Origin: Candidatus Latescibacterota bacterium
GTDB taxonomy: Bacteria > Latescibacterota > UBA2968 > UBA8231
DNA length: 64,000 nucleotides
Assembly: GCA_965203175.1 (NCBI GenBank)
Contig: OZ241867.1
Location: forward strand, 4,192,001-4,256,000
Reading direction: 5' to 3'
A program made the translations under genes and the position numbers. Below are positions 1 to 9,282 of the stretch, one piece after another. Under the pieces are notes generated by a model, which made no database searches, had not been told where the DNA came from, and saw nothing but the letters and a program-made list of their open reading frames with translations. Numbering within the stretch: position 1 is the first letter of the stretch; each line of letters begins with the position of its first letter.

Positions 1-512
1 GCGAGCGGACGGATGTCAACTATCAGACCGACGCCCGCGATATTGAAGGACCACTCGACGAGCAGGTTGCGGAAGCGTTGCACTTTGTGCGGCGGAACAT
101 GCTGGTGCGAGCGACCAAAGTAACGGCTCGGGTCGATCAGCCGCAGTTCAGCGAGCGGGCCGTGTTTGAGGCACTCGTCAACGCCGTGGCGCATCGGGAC
201 TATTCGATGGGGGGTTCGCGGGTGCGTCTGCACATGTTCGGAGACCGTCTTGAGCTATACGTCCCCGGTGCCTTGGCTAATACGCTCTCGCCGGACAGTC
301 TGCATCTGCGGCAAGCCAATCGCAATGAACTTATCGTGTCTCTGTTGGCGCGTTGTCCCGCACCGACCGGTCTTGGACGGACTCACTTGATGGACCGGCG
401 CGGCGATGGGGTGCCGATTATCCGCGAAGAGTGCCAGCAGCTTGCGGGTCGTCTCCCCGAGTACAGCCTAATTGACGACAGCGAGTTGCGGCTGGTGATT
501 TGGGCGGCGTAG
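1..512 (+). CDS. C-terminal part of an AlbA/Schlafen-type DNA-binding, RecG-C-like (HATPase_c_4) protein; 5' end outside window
   Basis: Frame open from window start; motifs EALVNAVAHRDY, PGAL, RNELIVSLL, DRRGDGV. Confidence 0.75.
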   Translation, partial: ERTDVNYQTDARDIEGPLDEQVAEALHFVRRNMLVRATKVTARVDQPQFSERAVFEALVNAVAHRDYSMGGSRVRLHMFGDRLELYVPGALANTLSPDSLHLRQANRNELIVSLLARCPAPTGLGRTHLMDRRGDGVPIIREECQQLAGRLPEYSLIDDSELRLVIWAA

Positions 513-517
513 CCCAA

Positions 518-1870
518 TCAGTCGCCAAAAAACTCTCCGTAGATCGAGCGCACGGCCGCGGGAATGTCCGCTGCCGCGATCCCGAACATCATGCTGACCT
601 CGCTCGATCCTTGATTGATCATCTCTATGTTGACGCTGGCGCGGGAAAAGGCACGGCAGGCACGAGCCGCCAAGCCAATGGTGTGGTGCATGCCCTCGCC
701 GACGACCATCACCAAGGCGAGCCCGCGGGCGACCGACAACTCATCTACCTCTAGCTCGGTGCGAATCCGACGCAGGACTCGCTCTTCGGCCGCGTGGTTG
801 AAATACGACTCGCGCACGATCACCGACATATTGTCAATGCCCGACGGCGTGTGCTCAAAGGAGATCCCCTCGTCCTCAAAAATGGCCAGCAAGCGGCGGC
901 CAAAGCCCACTTCGCGGTTCATCAGGTACTTGCTGATGTACACGCTGCAAAACCCGTCGGTGGCGGCGATGCCGACGACCGGGTGGTCGCCGATCGCGCG
1001 CTCGGGGACAATGCGGGTGCCGGGTGCCTGCGGGTTGTTGGTGTTTTTGACGACGACCGGGATCCCGGCGTGGAACACCGGTTCGAGGGCTTCGTCGTGA
1101 AACACGGAAAATCCCGCGTAGGACAACTCGCGCATCTCGCGGTAGGTAATCTCAGTGACGGCGACTGGGTCGTCTACGAGTGTGGGATTGGCCACAAAGA
1201 CCGAATCGACGTCTGTGAAGTTTTCGTACACAGCCGCGTCGACGGCCGCGGCGAGGATTGCGCCGGTTATGTCCGAGCCGCCGCGCGAGAAGGTGACGAC
1301 CCGGCCGGTGGGCGAATAGCCAAAAAAACCGGGGAAAATGGTGATGCCTGGACGGTCCTTGAGTTGGCGCAGCTTGCCGTAGGACGCCTGTAACACGCGG
1401 GCGTTGCCCGGCTCTTCCGAGAGAATTAGGCCGCCCTCGCCTGGGTCGAGATAGTGGGCTTCGGCCCCGCTGTGGCGCAGGTACTCGGCGACTAGGCGGG
1501 CGCAGTTGTCCTCGCCGCCGGCCTTCATGGCGTCTGCGTAGAGCGCTTCGTCGCTCGTGCTCATGGCTAGCCGCTGCTCAAAGTCGGCGACAATGGGCGC
1601 GAGCGCCGTGTCCGGCAAGCCGAGATCGCCGATGATGGCGGCGTAGCGGTCGATGACGCGCGCCAGCGCGGTGCGCCCGTCTTGGTTGGTTAGCTGGGCG
1701 CGGACCACTTCAATGAGGAGGTCGGTGACCTTGGTGTCTTCACGGTCGCGCTTGCCTGGGGCCGAGACTACGACGAGTCGGCGCTCTGGATCAGCGGTGA
1801 CAATGGCGCAGATTTTCTCTATTTGCTCGGCTGACGCGAGGGACGTGCCGCCGAATTTAGCTACTTTCAT
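518..1870 (-). CDS. lysC: Aspartate kinase with C-terminal ACT domains
   Basis: MKVAKFGGTSLA, VVVSAPGK, FSRGGSDITGA, ENFTDVD; start placed at ATG 1870 rather than the ORF-track 2008. Confidence 0.92.
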   Translation of the reverse strand: MKVAKFGGTSLASAEQIEKICAIVTADPERRLVVVSAPGKRDREDTKVTDLLIEVVRAQLTNQDGRTALARVIDRYAAIIGDLGLPDTALAPIVADFEQRLAMSTSDEALYADAMKAGGEDNCARLVAEYLRHSGAEAHYLDPGEGGLILSEEPGNARVLQASYGKLRQLKDRPGITIFPGFFGYSPTGRVVTFSRGGSDITGAILAAAVDAAVYENFTDVDSVFVANPTLVDDPVAVTEITYREMRELSYAGFSVFHDEALEPVFHAGIPVVVKNTNNPQAPGTRIVPERAIGDHPVVGIAATDGFCSVYISKYLMNREVGFGRRLLAIFEDEGISFEHTPSGIDNMSVIVRESYFNHAAEERVLRRIRTELEVDELSVARGLALVMVVGEGMHHTIGLAARACRAFSRASVNIEMINQGSSEVSMMFGIAAADIPAAVRSIYGEFFGD

Positions 1871-1912
1871 GGCGTTCCTTTGCGAATTGGGTAAAAAATA
1901 TAAAACAATGCG

Positions 1913-2095
1913 CGGGAACGGGAAGTGCTCGAACTCTTGGCCAAGGGGTTGCAGAACAAGGAAATCGCCGCAGCCCTCCACATTGGCGAGCGCACCGCCA
2001 AGTTCCACGTCAGCGCCCTGCTGCGCAAGCTGGAGGCTGGCAACTGCACCGAAGCCGTGGCTCTAGCTGCGCAGCAGGGGATTATTACCGTATAA
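1913..2095 (+). pseudogene. Orphan LuxR/NarL-type HTH domain (truncated response regulator, or a tiny stand-alone HTH from GTG 1925)
   Basis: Own translation [60 protein letters not shown]; in-frame TAA at 1901-1903, no receiver domain. Confidence 0.8.
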
Positions 2096-2105
2096 CTAGC
2101 GCCAG

Positions 2106-2123
2106 CCTGTCCTTTGGGACAGG
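2106..2123. promoter_or_regulatory. Perfect 7-4-7 inverted repeat, candidate operator
   Basis: CCTGTCC-TTTG-GGACAGG between the LuxR-HTH and the SDR gene. Confidence 0.45.
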
Positions 2124-2156
2124 TCGTATCCCGGTCCAATTGCGGACCTCTATACT

Positions 2157-2188
2157 GGCCCTCCGAGCGATTCGGAGGGCCTTTTTTT
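2157..2188 (+). terminator. Intrinsic terminator
   Basis: GGCCCTCCGA-gcgat-TCGGAGGGCC followed by T7. Confidence 0.8.
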
Positions 2189-2239
2189 GTGCGAAATTGA
2201 GTAGCGAGCAGGACAAACTCATTTGCAAGGAGGCATAGC

Positions 2240-2941
2240 ATGAACGAGCAGACCAGACAGACCGCCCTCATAACCGGTGCTTCGCGGGGCCTAGGAAGGG
2301 CCTTGGCGCACGCCTTGGCGGATGCGGGTTGGAATCTAATCCTCGACGCGCGCGGTGCCCAAGCACTAGAGGGCGTTAAGGATAAATTGGCGGCCCGTAC
2401 CCGAGTCGCGGCTATTGTCGGCGATGTAACCGATCCAGCGCATTGCCACACCTTAGCTCAAGCTGCAGCGGAATGCGGCGGAGTGGATGCGCTGATCAAC
2501 AACGCCGGGGCCTTGGGCCCTAGTCCGCAGCCGCGGCTCCTCGACTATCCGCTCGACGTCTTGGAGCAAGTATATCGGACGAATGCGTTCGCACCTCTGA
2601 GGCTTATTCAGGCGTTGCGCCATCAGCTAGGCCGGGGAGCGCGGATAATCAATATCACCAGCGATGCGGCCGTGCAGGGCTACGAGGGATGGGGCGGCTA
2701 CGGGTCGAGCAAGGCGGCCTTGGAGCAACTTTCCCACGTCTTGGCCGCCGAGCACCCCGAATGGAAGGTTTATTGGGTTGACCCTGGGGATATGCGGACC
2801 GCGATGCACCAAGCGGCTTTTCCGGGCGAGGATATCAGTGATCGCCCGCTGCCCGCAGAAAGTGTCCCCGGTCTAATCGCCCTGCTAAAGGGCAAGTTGC
2901 CCAGCGGCCGTTACCAAGCACGCGAATTGCCAAGCTCGTAA
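2240..2941 (+). CDS. Short-chain dehydrogenase/reductase
   Basis: TGASRGLG, NNAG, YGSSK; AGGAGG RBS. Confidence 0.92.
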   Translation: MNEQTRQTALITGASRGLGRALAHALADAGWNLILDARGAQALEGVKDKLAARTRVAAIVGDVTDPAHCHTLAQAAAECGGVDALINNAGALGPSPQPRLLDYPLDVLEQVYRTNAFAPLRLIQALRHQLGRGARIINITSDAAVQGYEGWGGYGSSKAALEQLSHVLAAEHPEWKVYWVDPGDMRTAMHQAAFPGEDISDRPLPAESVPGLIALLKGKLPSGRYQARELPSS

Positions 2942-2954
2942 AGGAGGTGTAGCG

Positions 2955-4064
2955 ATGACGACCCTACTGAATACCGCAGCAGAAAACCGCGTCGATCTAG
3001 AATTCGCGCTCGGGAGCAGTGATTTTGTGCTGCCCGCTGAGTTGGAGGCAAGCGAACCGCCCGAAGCCCGCGGGCTGGCCAGAGACCAAGTGCGTCTGCT
3101 GGTTACAGCGGGCGCGGGAAAAGCCGAGCACGCAGTTTTCCGCCAGTTGCCCGATTTCTTGCAGGCAGGCGACCTGTTGGTGATCAATACCAGCGCGACC
3201 CTGCCGGCCGCGCTCACCGGCCAGCGGGACGACGGCAGCGCAGTGGAGGTCCATCTTTCGACCCGGCTGCCGGCCGGGATGTGGAGTGCGGAATTGCGCC
3301 AGCCAGCAGTTAGGGCCAGCCGGGCTTTCTACGGCGGCCGCGCCGGCGAGGTGATCGGGCTGCCGGGCGGCGGGCAGCTCAAACTCTACGCGCCCTATAG
3401 CGAAGATCGGCGCATTCAAAAGGGGGATCGGGTGCGGCTCTGGGTGGCGCGCTTGGCCGCGCCGCTGCCGTGGGCAGACTATCTGCACGCCCACGGCTTT
3501 CCCATCCGCTATGAGTACATGGGGCAGAGCTGGCCTCTGGCCTACTACCAGACCGCTTTCGCCGTCGAACCCGGTAGCGCCGAGATGCCTTCAGCCGGTC
3601 GGCCCTTTACCCCAGAGTTGATAACCCGGCTAGTGGCCAACGGCGTGCAGATCGCACCCTTGGTGCTGCACACCGGAGTAGCGAGCTTAGAGGAGGGTGA
3701 ACCGCCCTACGCCGAGTACTACCGGGTGCCCGAGCCAACCGCGCAGCAGATCAACTACGTTCGCGCCACAGGAGGGCGGGTGGTGGCGGTCGGCACGACA
3801 GTAGTCCGGGCCGTAGAAAGCGTTGCCGATGATCGAGGAAGAATCCGTGGCGGTGAGGGGTGGACGCGGCTAGTAATAGGCGAGGGGCATCGGCCGCGAG
3901 CCATAGATGGCTTGCTGACGGGCTTTCACGAGCCGCGAGCCTCGCATCTGCAGATGCTGCAGGCACTGGCCGGAAACGAACACCTAGGGCGGGCGTATGA
4001 GGAGGCGTTGGCGGCGGGATATCTCTGGCACGAATTCGGAGACATACACTTAATCCTGCCGTGA
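2955..4064 (+). CDS. QueA-family (SAM:tRNA ribosyltransferase-isomerase-like) protein, divergent QueA-like type
   Basis: GDLLVINTS, YYQT, GSAEMPSAGRPF, LHTG, AVGTTVVRAVE, LLTGFHEP, YLWHEFGD. Confidence 0.85.
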   Translation: MTTLLNTAAENRVDLEFALGSSDFVLPAELEASEPPEARGLARDQVRLLVTAGAGKAEHAVFRQLPDFLQAGDLLVINTSATLPAALTGQRDDGSAVEVHLSTRLPAGMWSAELRQPAVRASRAFYGGRAGEVIGLPGGGQLKLYAPYSEDRRIQKGDRVRLWVARLAAPLPWADYLHAHGFPIRYEYMGQSWPLAYYQTAFAVEPGSAEMPSAGRPFTPELITRLVANGVQIAPLVLHTGVASLEEGEPPYAEYYRVPEPTAQQINYVRATGGRVVAVGTTVVRAVESVADDRGRIRGGEGWTRLVIGEGHRPRAIDGLLTGFHEPRASHLQMLQALAGNEHLGRAYEEALAAGYLWHEFGDIHLILP

Positions 4065-4231
4065 GCAGATCCGGTTTTTCGCTGCAAGCCGCCGTGGGGT
4101 AGTGGGTCACTTTGCCATTTTTATAAATTTGTCTTACAGGGGCTTTATGATTATCTTATCAAGTTTGTCACTTATCACAAACGTAACATTCTGCCGAGCT
4201 AGCGGCCCCTATCCCACGCAAAGGTCCATTG

Positions 4232-5203
4232 ATGAAAGCAGTGCGTTTCCACCAGTGCGGAGGCCCTGAAGTCCTCACCTATGAGGACGTGCCCGAGCCC
4301 ACACCTAGGCCGGGCGAGGCCGTAGTCGAAATCAAAGCCATAGGCTTGAATTATATCGACACTTATCACCGCGGCGGGCTATACCCAGTCGAGCTGCCCT
4401 GCATCCCTGGCATGGAAGCCGCCGGAATCGTCGCGCGCGTCGGCGAGGGGGTAGAGGGTGTGCAAGTGGGTGATCGCGTGGCCTATGCCGGGGTGATGGG
4501 GTCGTACGCCGCAGAAGCGGCCGTGTCCGCTGACCGATTGGTTCCTCTGCCTGACTCAGCGTCCTATCAGGTGGGGGCCGCCGCTTTGCTACAAGGCATG
4601 ACGGCGCACTACCTAGCGCATGGATCCTATCGGTTGGGCCGCGAAGACACGGCTTTGATCCACGCTGGGGCTGGCGGCGTGGGCTTGCTCCTGATTCAGA
4701 TGGCTAAGCGGTGTGGAGCGCAGGTGTTTTGCACGGTCTCAACCGAGGAAAAGGAGCAGTTGGCTCGGGGGGCCGGGGCTGACGAAGTCATCCGCTATAC
4801 TGAGCGAGACTTTGAACAGGACGTCATGGCACTCACCGACGGGCGCGGGGTTGATGTGGTGTACGATTCCGTGGGTCAGGCGACCTTTGACAAGAGCTTG
4901 AACGTGCTCAGGCCCTTGGGTTACTTGGTGTTGTTCGGTCAGTCGAGTGGCCCGGTCCCGCCCTTTGATGCCGGAATCCTCAGCACCAAGGGGTCGCTCT
5001 TTTTGACTCGGCCGACCATGCTGCACTACATCCAGACCCGCGAGGAGCTATTGGAACGCGCTGGCGCGGTGTTGGAATGGATCGGTAGCGGCGAGTTGGC
5101 GCTGCGTATCAGCGAGCAGTTCGCCTTGTCGGACGCGGCTGAAGCCCACCGCGCCCTGCAGGGGCGCAAGACGACCGGCAAGGTTGTCCTCATACCCGAT
5201 TGA
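4232..5203 (+). CDS. qor: NADPH:quinone oxidoreductase (zeta-crystallin family)
   Basis: GGPEVL, LLQGMTAHYL, HAGAGGVG, GSLFLTRP, TTGKVVL. Confidence 0.9.
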   Translation: MKAVRFHQCGGPEVLTYEDVPEPTPRPGEAVVEIKAIGLNYIDTYHRGGLYPVELPCIPGMEAAGIVARVGEGVEGVQVGDRVAYAGVMGSYAAEAAVSADRLVPLPDSASYQVGAAALLQGMTAHYLAHGSYRLGREDTALIHAGAGGVGLLLIQMAKRCGAQVFCTVSTEEKEQLARGAGADEVIRYTERDFEQDVMALTDGRGVDVVYDSVGQATFDKSLNVLRPLGYLVLFGQSSGPVPPFDAGILSTKGSLFLTRPTMLHYIQTREELLERAGAVLEWIGSGELALRISEQFALSDAAEAHRALQGRKTTGKVVLIPD

Positions 5204-5223
5204 AGTACCCAAGGAGTTAGGCG

Positions 5224-6468
5224 ATGACAGAGGCAGATTCCAAGGACGAACTAACCCCGACCGCAGACCGCGCTGAACAAGGCGCGGACTTTGCCCAGAT
5301 GCTCGACGCCGAAGGGGCACCACCGGCTCCGGCCACCAATGAGGTCGCAGTCGGCGATGAGGTCAGCGGCGTGATTGTCAAGGTCGAGGACGAAAACAGC
5401 TTTGTCGAATACGGCAGTCGGGACGAGGCCATAATCCGCACTAGCGAGCTCAAAGGCCCCGATGGGGAAATGCGCTACAAGGTCGGCGACCCGATTGCGG
5501 CGTTTGTCGTGGCCGTCGGGGACGAGGTCCAGCTCAGTCACGGGTTGAGTCGCCAAGACGCCCAGGCCGACTTGCTCTACCAAGCATATAAGGCCGGGTT
5601 ACCCGTCGAAGGCCGGGTTGATGCGGTCAACAAGGGGGGGCTGGGCGTGACTATCGAGGGCGATGTGCGCGGTTTTTGCCCGATTTCGCACGTCGATACC
5701 CAGTACGTGGAAAACGCCGAAGAGTACCGCGGCCAGACCTTGACCTTTAAAATTATCGAGTTCCGCCATCAGGGCCGCGTTATCGTCCTGTCGCGCCGGG
5801 CCTTGCTCGAAGCTGAGCAGGACAAAGCCGCTGGCGCAGTGCGCAGCCAGCTAAAGAAAGGCGCGCAACTGGCGGGCAAGGTGACGCGGCTGGAGTCTTT
5901 TGGCGCGTTCGTCGATTTAGGTTCTGGGGTAGAGGGTTTGGTCCACGTCTCGGAGATCAGCCATCAGCGCGTTGGCCATCCCGAGGAGGTCCTCGCGGTG
6001 GGGCAGCAACTCCAAGTCGAAGTCTTGCGCACCAAAGACTTGGGCAAGCGGCGCAAGGAGCGGATCTCGCTGTCGATCAAGGCACTGGAAAAGGACCCTT
6101 GGCAAGAGATAAAAGAGCAGTTCGCAGTCGGCACGGTCGTCACGGGCAAGGTCGATGGGCTGGAAGATTTTGGCGCGTTCGTCGAGTTGGTCGAAGGCGT
6201 GCGCGGGCTGGTGCATGTCTCGGAGATCGCCGACCGCCGCATCGGCCACCCGCGCGAGGTCCTCTCGCCTGGGGAAGAAGTCAAGGTGGTGGTGCTCGAA
6301 GTGGATGTCCGCCGCCAGCGCTTGCGCCTGTCGATCCGCCAAGTCGATGCCCTCGAATCCGAAGCCCATCTCGCTGAGTTCCGCCAGCGGCAGCAGCAGG
6401 AGCAGGAAACGGAGCAAGGCAGCAGCGCCATGCTCGAAGCGCTCCGGCGCGCCAATCTAACCGATTGA
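5224..6468 (+). CDS. S1 RNA-binding domain protein (short ribosomal protein S1-like, about 4 S1 repeats)
   Basis: Repeated FGAFV.L..GV.GLVHVSEI, RISLSIK. Confidence 0.85.
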   Translation: MTEADSKDELTPTADRAEQGADFAQMLDAEGAPPAPATNEVAVGDEVSGVIVKVEDENSFVEYGSRDEAIIRTSELKGPDGEMRYKVGDPIAAFVVAVGDEVQLSHGLSRQDAQADLLYQAYKAGLPVEGRVDAVNKGGLGVTIEGDVRGFCPISHVDTQYVENAEEYRGQTLTFKIIEFRHQGRVIVLSRRALLEAEQDKAAGAVRSQLKKGAQLAGKVTRLESFGAFVDLGSGVEGLVHVSEISHQRVGHPEEVLAVGQQLQVEVLRTKDLGKRRKERISLSIKALEKDPWQEIKEQFAVGTVVTGKVDGLEDFGAFVELVEGVRGLVHVSEIADRRIGHPREVLSPGEEVKVVVLEVDVRRQRLRLSIRQVDALESEAHLAEFRQRQQQEQETEQGSSAMLEALRRANLTD

Positions 6469-6469
6469 G

Positions 6470-7720
6470 ATGGGGCTGACTGACGCCATTTTTAACCACC
6501 CGCGCTCTGGGTACTACGGCGAGTACGGTGGGGCTTTTATCCCCGAAATTCTGCGCACGACCCTCGACGAATTGACCCAAGTCTTTGAGGACGCGCGCCG
6601 CGACCCCTCCTTTTGGGCAGAGTTCGAACAGGTAATGCGGACGTATTCCTGCCGGCCGACCCCAATTACCTTTCTCGAAAATCTTTCCCGCGAGGCCGGC
6701 GGGGCGCGGATCTTTCTCAAGCGCGAGGACCTCAATCACACGGGTGCCCACAAGGTCAACAACGTCATGGGCCAGGGCTTGTTGGTGCGCCGCATGGGCA
6801 AAAGTCGGGTCATCGCCGAGACGGGTGCTGGCCAGCACGGAGTGGCCACGGCGACGATGGCCGCTCGCTTGGGGCTAGAATGTACTATCTACATGGGGGC
6901 CGTCGATGTCGAGCGTCAGCGGCCCAATGTGTTCTGGATGGAGCAATTGGGTGCCGAGGTGGTGCCCGTGACCGATGGCTCGGCCACGCTCAAGGACGCC
7001 ATCAATGAGAGCCTCCGCGATTGGGCCTATTCCATGGCCGACACGCACTACGTGCTCGGCACGGCTTGTGGCCCGCATCCCTTTCCGCAAATCGTCGCCT
7101 ATTTCCAGCGAATTATCGGCGAGGAGAGTCGTCAGCAGTTGCTGGACTCAGTGGGGTGCCTGCCCGATAGGGTGTACGCCTGCGTCGGCGGGGGGTCCAA
7201 CGCCACGGGCCTATTCCTGGGGTTTCTCGACGACGCGTCCGTCGAATTGGTTGGAGTCGAAGCTGGGGGGAGAGGGCTGGAGACGGGCGATCATGCCTCT
7301 CGCTTGGCCGGTCTCGTCGGTACGCCCGGGGTCGCCCAAGGTTATAGGACCTTTTTCTTCCAAGATGCCGAAGGCCAAATGCGGCATACGCACTCGGTGG
7401 CGGCGGGGTTAGACTACATCGGCGTCAGTCCGATTCTAGCCCACTTGGCCGAGGTGGGCCGGGTGCGCATTGAGGCCGCGACGGATCAAGAAGTGATCGA
7501 GGCTCTCAAGCAGATGATGCGCAGCGAGGGGATCATCGGCGCGCTCGAAAGTACCCACGCCTTAGCCGGTGCCCTGCGCGAGGTGGGCGCGATGACGGCC
7601 GACCAAGTGGTGCTGATTGGCCTGTCGGGCCGCGGCGACAAGGACATTTTCACAATTGCCGACGCGCTTGAGGATGAAAACTGGCAGCGCTTCCTCGCCG
7701 ACAAGGCCGCCCAGTCGTGA
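6470..7720 (+). CDS. trpB: Tryptophan synthase beta chain
   Basis: KREDLNHTGAHK, AETGAGQHG, CVGGGSN, SGRGDKD. Confidence 0.95.
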   Translation: MGLTDAIFNHPRSGYYGEYGGAFIPEILRTTLDELTQVFEDARRDPSFWAEFEQVMRTYSCRPTPITFLENLSREAGGARIFLKREDLNHTGAHKVNNVMGQGLLVRRMGKSRVIAETGAGQHGVATATMAARLGLECTIYMGAVDVERQRPNVFWMEQLGAEVVPVTDGSATLKDAINESLRDWAYSMADTHYVLGTACGPHPFPQIVAYFQRIIGEESRQQLLDSVGCLPDRVYACVGGGSNATGLFLGFLDDASVELVGVEAGGRGLETGDHASRLAGLVGTPGVAQGYRTFFFQDAEGQMRHTHSVAAGLDYIGVSPILAHLAEVGRVRIEAATDQEVIEALKQMMRSEGIIGALESTHALAGALREVGAMTADQVVLIGLSGRGDKDIFTIADALEDENWQRFLADKAAQS

Positions 7721-8493
7721 ATCTGCAAGCCCATATCGAAGAGCGGCTCACCGAGCGCAAAGTTCTGCTGATGACGCATCTGATCGCCGGTTTTCCCTCG
7801 CTGGAGGCCAACTGGCGGATGTTGGAGATCATGGCCGAGGCCGAGGTCGATTTGGTCGAATTGCAGATGCCCTTTAGCGAGCCCATCGCCGACGGGCCGA
7901 CCTTTGCGCGAGCCAATCAACAGGCCCTAGAAAGAGGGCTTACTCTCGACCAGTACTTCGACCTAATGCAGCGCTCGACTGCGGCTTTTCCCTTCCCGCA
8001 TCTGATGATGGGCTACTACAACACGGCGTTCCGCTTGGGGCACGGCCCGTTCTGCCGCCGCTTGGCAGCATGTGGGGCCTGTGGATTTATCCTGCCGGAC
8101 TTGCCGGTCGAAGAGTACGGCGACCTGTGGGCAGCAGGCGCTGAGTGCGAGCAAACGCCGATTTTATTGATGACCCCGACCAACACCGAGCAGCGGCTGC
8201 AGCAGATCGGTACTCAAGCCAAAGGGTTTGTCTATGCGGTGGCGCGCAAGGGCGTAACTGGCCGTCAGACCGACTTAGACGATGAACTCTATCGGTTTAT
8301 CGCACGCTGTCGCGCAGCGACTGATCTGCCGCTGGGAGTCGGCTTTGGCCTGCGCAGCGGGGAAGATTTGCGGCAGCTACAGGGCCAGGCCGAAATCGGC
8401 ATCGTCGGATCGGTGCTGTTGGAGGTCTGGGAACGGGAAGGGGAGGCGGGCTACGCCGCCCTATTGCGCGATTTGGCCGCTGGTCGCGACTGA
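7717..8493 (+). CDS. trpA: Tryptophan synthase alpha chain
   Basis: ELQMPFSEPIADGP, MGYYN, GVTG, VGFG; GTGA overlap with trpB. Confidence 0.92.
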   Translation: MNLQAHIEERLTERKVLLMTHLIAGFPSLEANWRMLEIMAEAEVDLVELQMPFSEPIADGPTFARANQQALERGLTLDQYFDLMQRSTAAFPFPHLMMGYYNTAFRLGHGPFCRRLAACGACGFILPDLPVEEYGDLWAAGAECEQTPILLMTPTNTEQRLQQIGTQAKGFVYAVARKGVTGRQTDLDDELYRFIARCRAATDLPLGVGFGLRSGEDLRQLQGQAEIGIVGSVLLEVWEREGEAGYAALLRDLAAGRD

Positions 8494-8545
8494 AAAATCC
8501 TTTACAACGATAATCCTTAGTCTGATCAACGTTGCATCGCCGCGA

Positions 8546-9274
8546 TCAGTCCATGTACAACCCCCCGTTGACGTCGATAGTCTCGCCAGTGATGTGCCGC
8601 GCGTCGTCCGAAGCCAGAAAGAGCGCGCAGTTGGCTACATCTTCGGGCTGGCCGGAGCGGCCAAGGGGGATGGAGGCCTTGAGCTGATCGTGTTCGGGGG
8701 CGGAAGTCATGGCGGTGTCGATGACGCCGGGAGCAATGGCGTTGACGCGGATCTGGTCGGGGGCGAGGGCGCGCGCTAGGCCAATGGTCAGGGTGAGGAC
8801 GCCGGCTTTGGCCGCTGCGTAGGGGGGACCAGCAGCTAGGCCGCCAGTCTTGGCCGCTAGGGAAGTCATGTTGATGATGGCTCCCTGACGGCGAGCCTTC
8901 ATATGGGGGATGACTGCTTGGGCGCAGAGGAAAGGGCCCTTCATGTTGACATCGACGATGCGGTCCCAGTTCTCTTCGCTGCACGATTCAAAGGTCGTAT
9001 AAACCAAGTAGCCAGCGTTGTTGACGAGGATATCGAGTTGGCCGAACTCGTCGAGCACGCGGCTCGTGCCGGCGAGGACTGAGGATTTGGACGACACGTC
9101 CAATTCTAGGCCCAACGCGCCGATCTCAGCGGCCGTGGCGTGGGCGGTGCTTGAGTCAATATCGGCGACGGCCACCCGCGCACCTTCGCGGGCAAAGCAC
9201 TCGGCGATGGCCTGACCGATGCCCCGGCCCGCGCCGGTGATCAACGCAGTCTTGTGCTGTAATTTTCCCGTCAT
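8546..9274 (-). CDS. SDR oxidoreductase (FabG-like)
   Basis: TGAGRGIG, NNAG, YAAAK, NAIAPG, DVNGG. Confidence 0.9.
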   Translation of the reverse strand: MTGKLQHKTALITGAGRGIGQAIAECFAREGARVAVADIDSSTAHATAAEIGALGLELDVSSKSSVLAGTSRVLDEFGQLDILVNNAGYLVYTTFESCSEENWDRIVDVNMKGPFLCAQAVIPHMKARRQGAIINMTSLAAKTGGLAAGPPYAAAKAGVLTLTIGLARALAPDQIRVNAIAPGVIDTAMTSAPEHDQLKASIPLGRSGQPEDVANCALFLASDDARHITGETIDVNGGLYMD

Positions 9275-9282
9275 GTGCGCTC

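Noticed and set aside
1871-2008. N-terminal extension of aspartate kinase in the ORF track
   Set aside because: Antisense shadow of the LuxR-HTH fragment; family start MKVAKFGG is at 1870.
4163-4182. GTTTGT-N8-ACAAAC palindrome upstream of qor as a Rex/CRP site
   Set aside because: Only 6-bp arms and spacing fits neither consensus; too weak.
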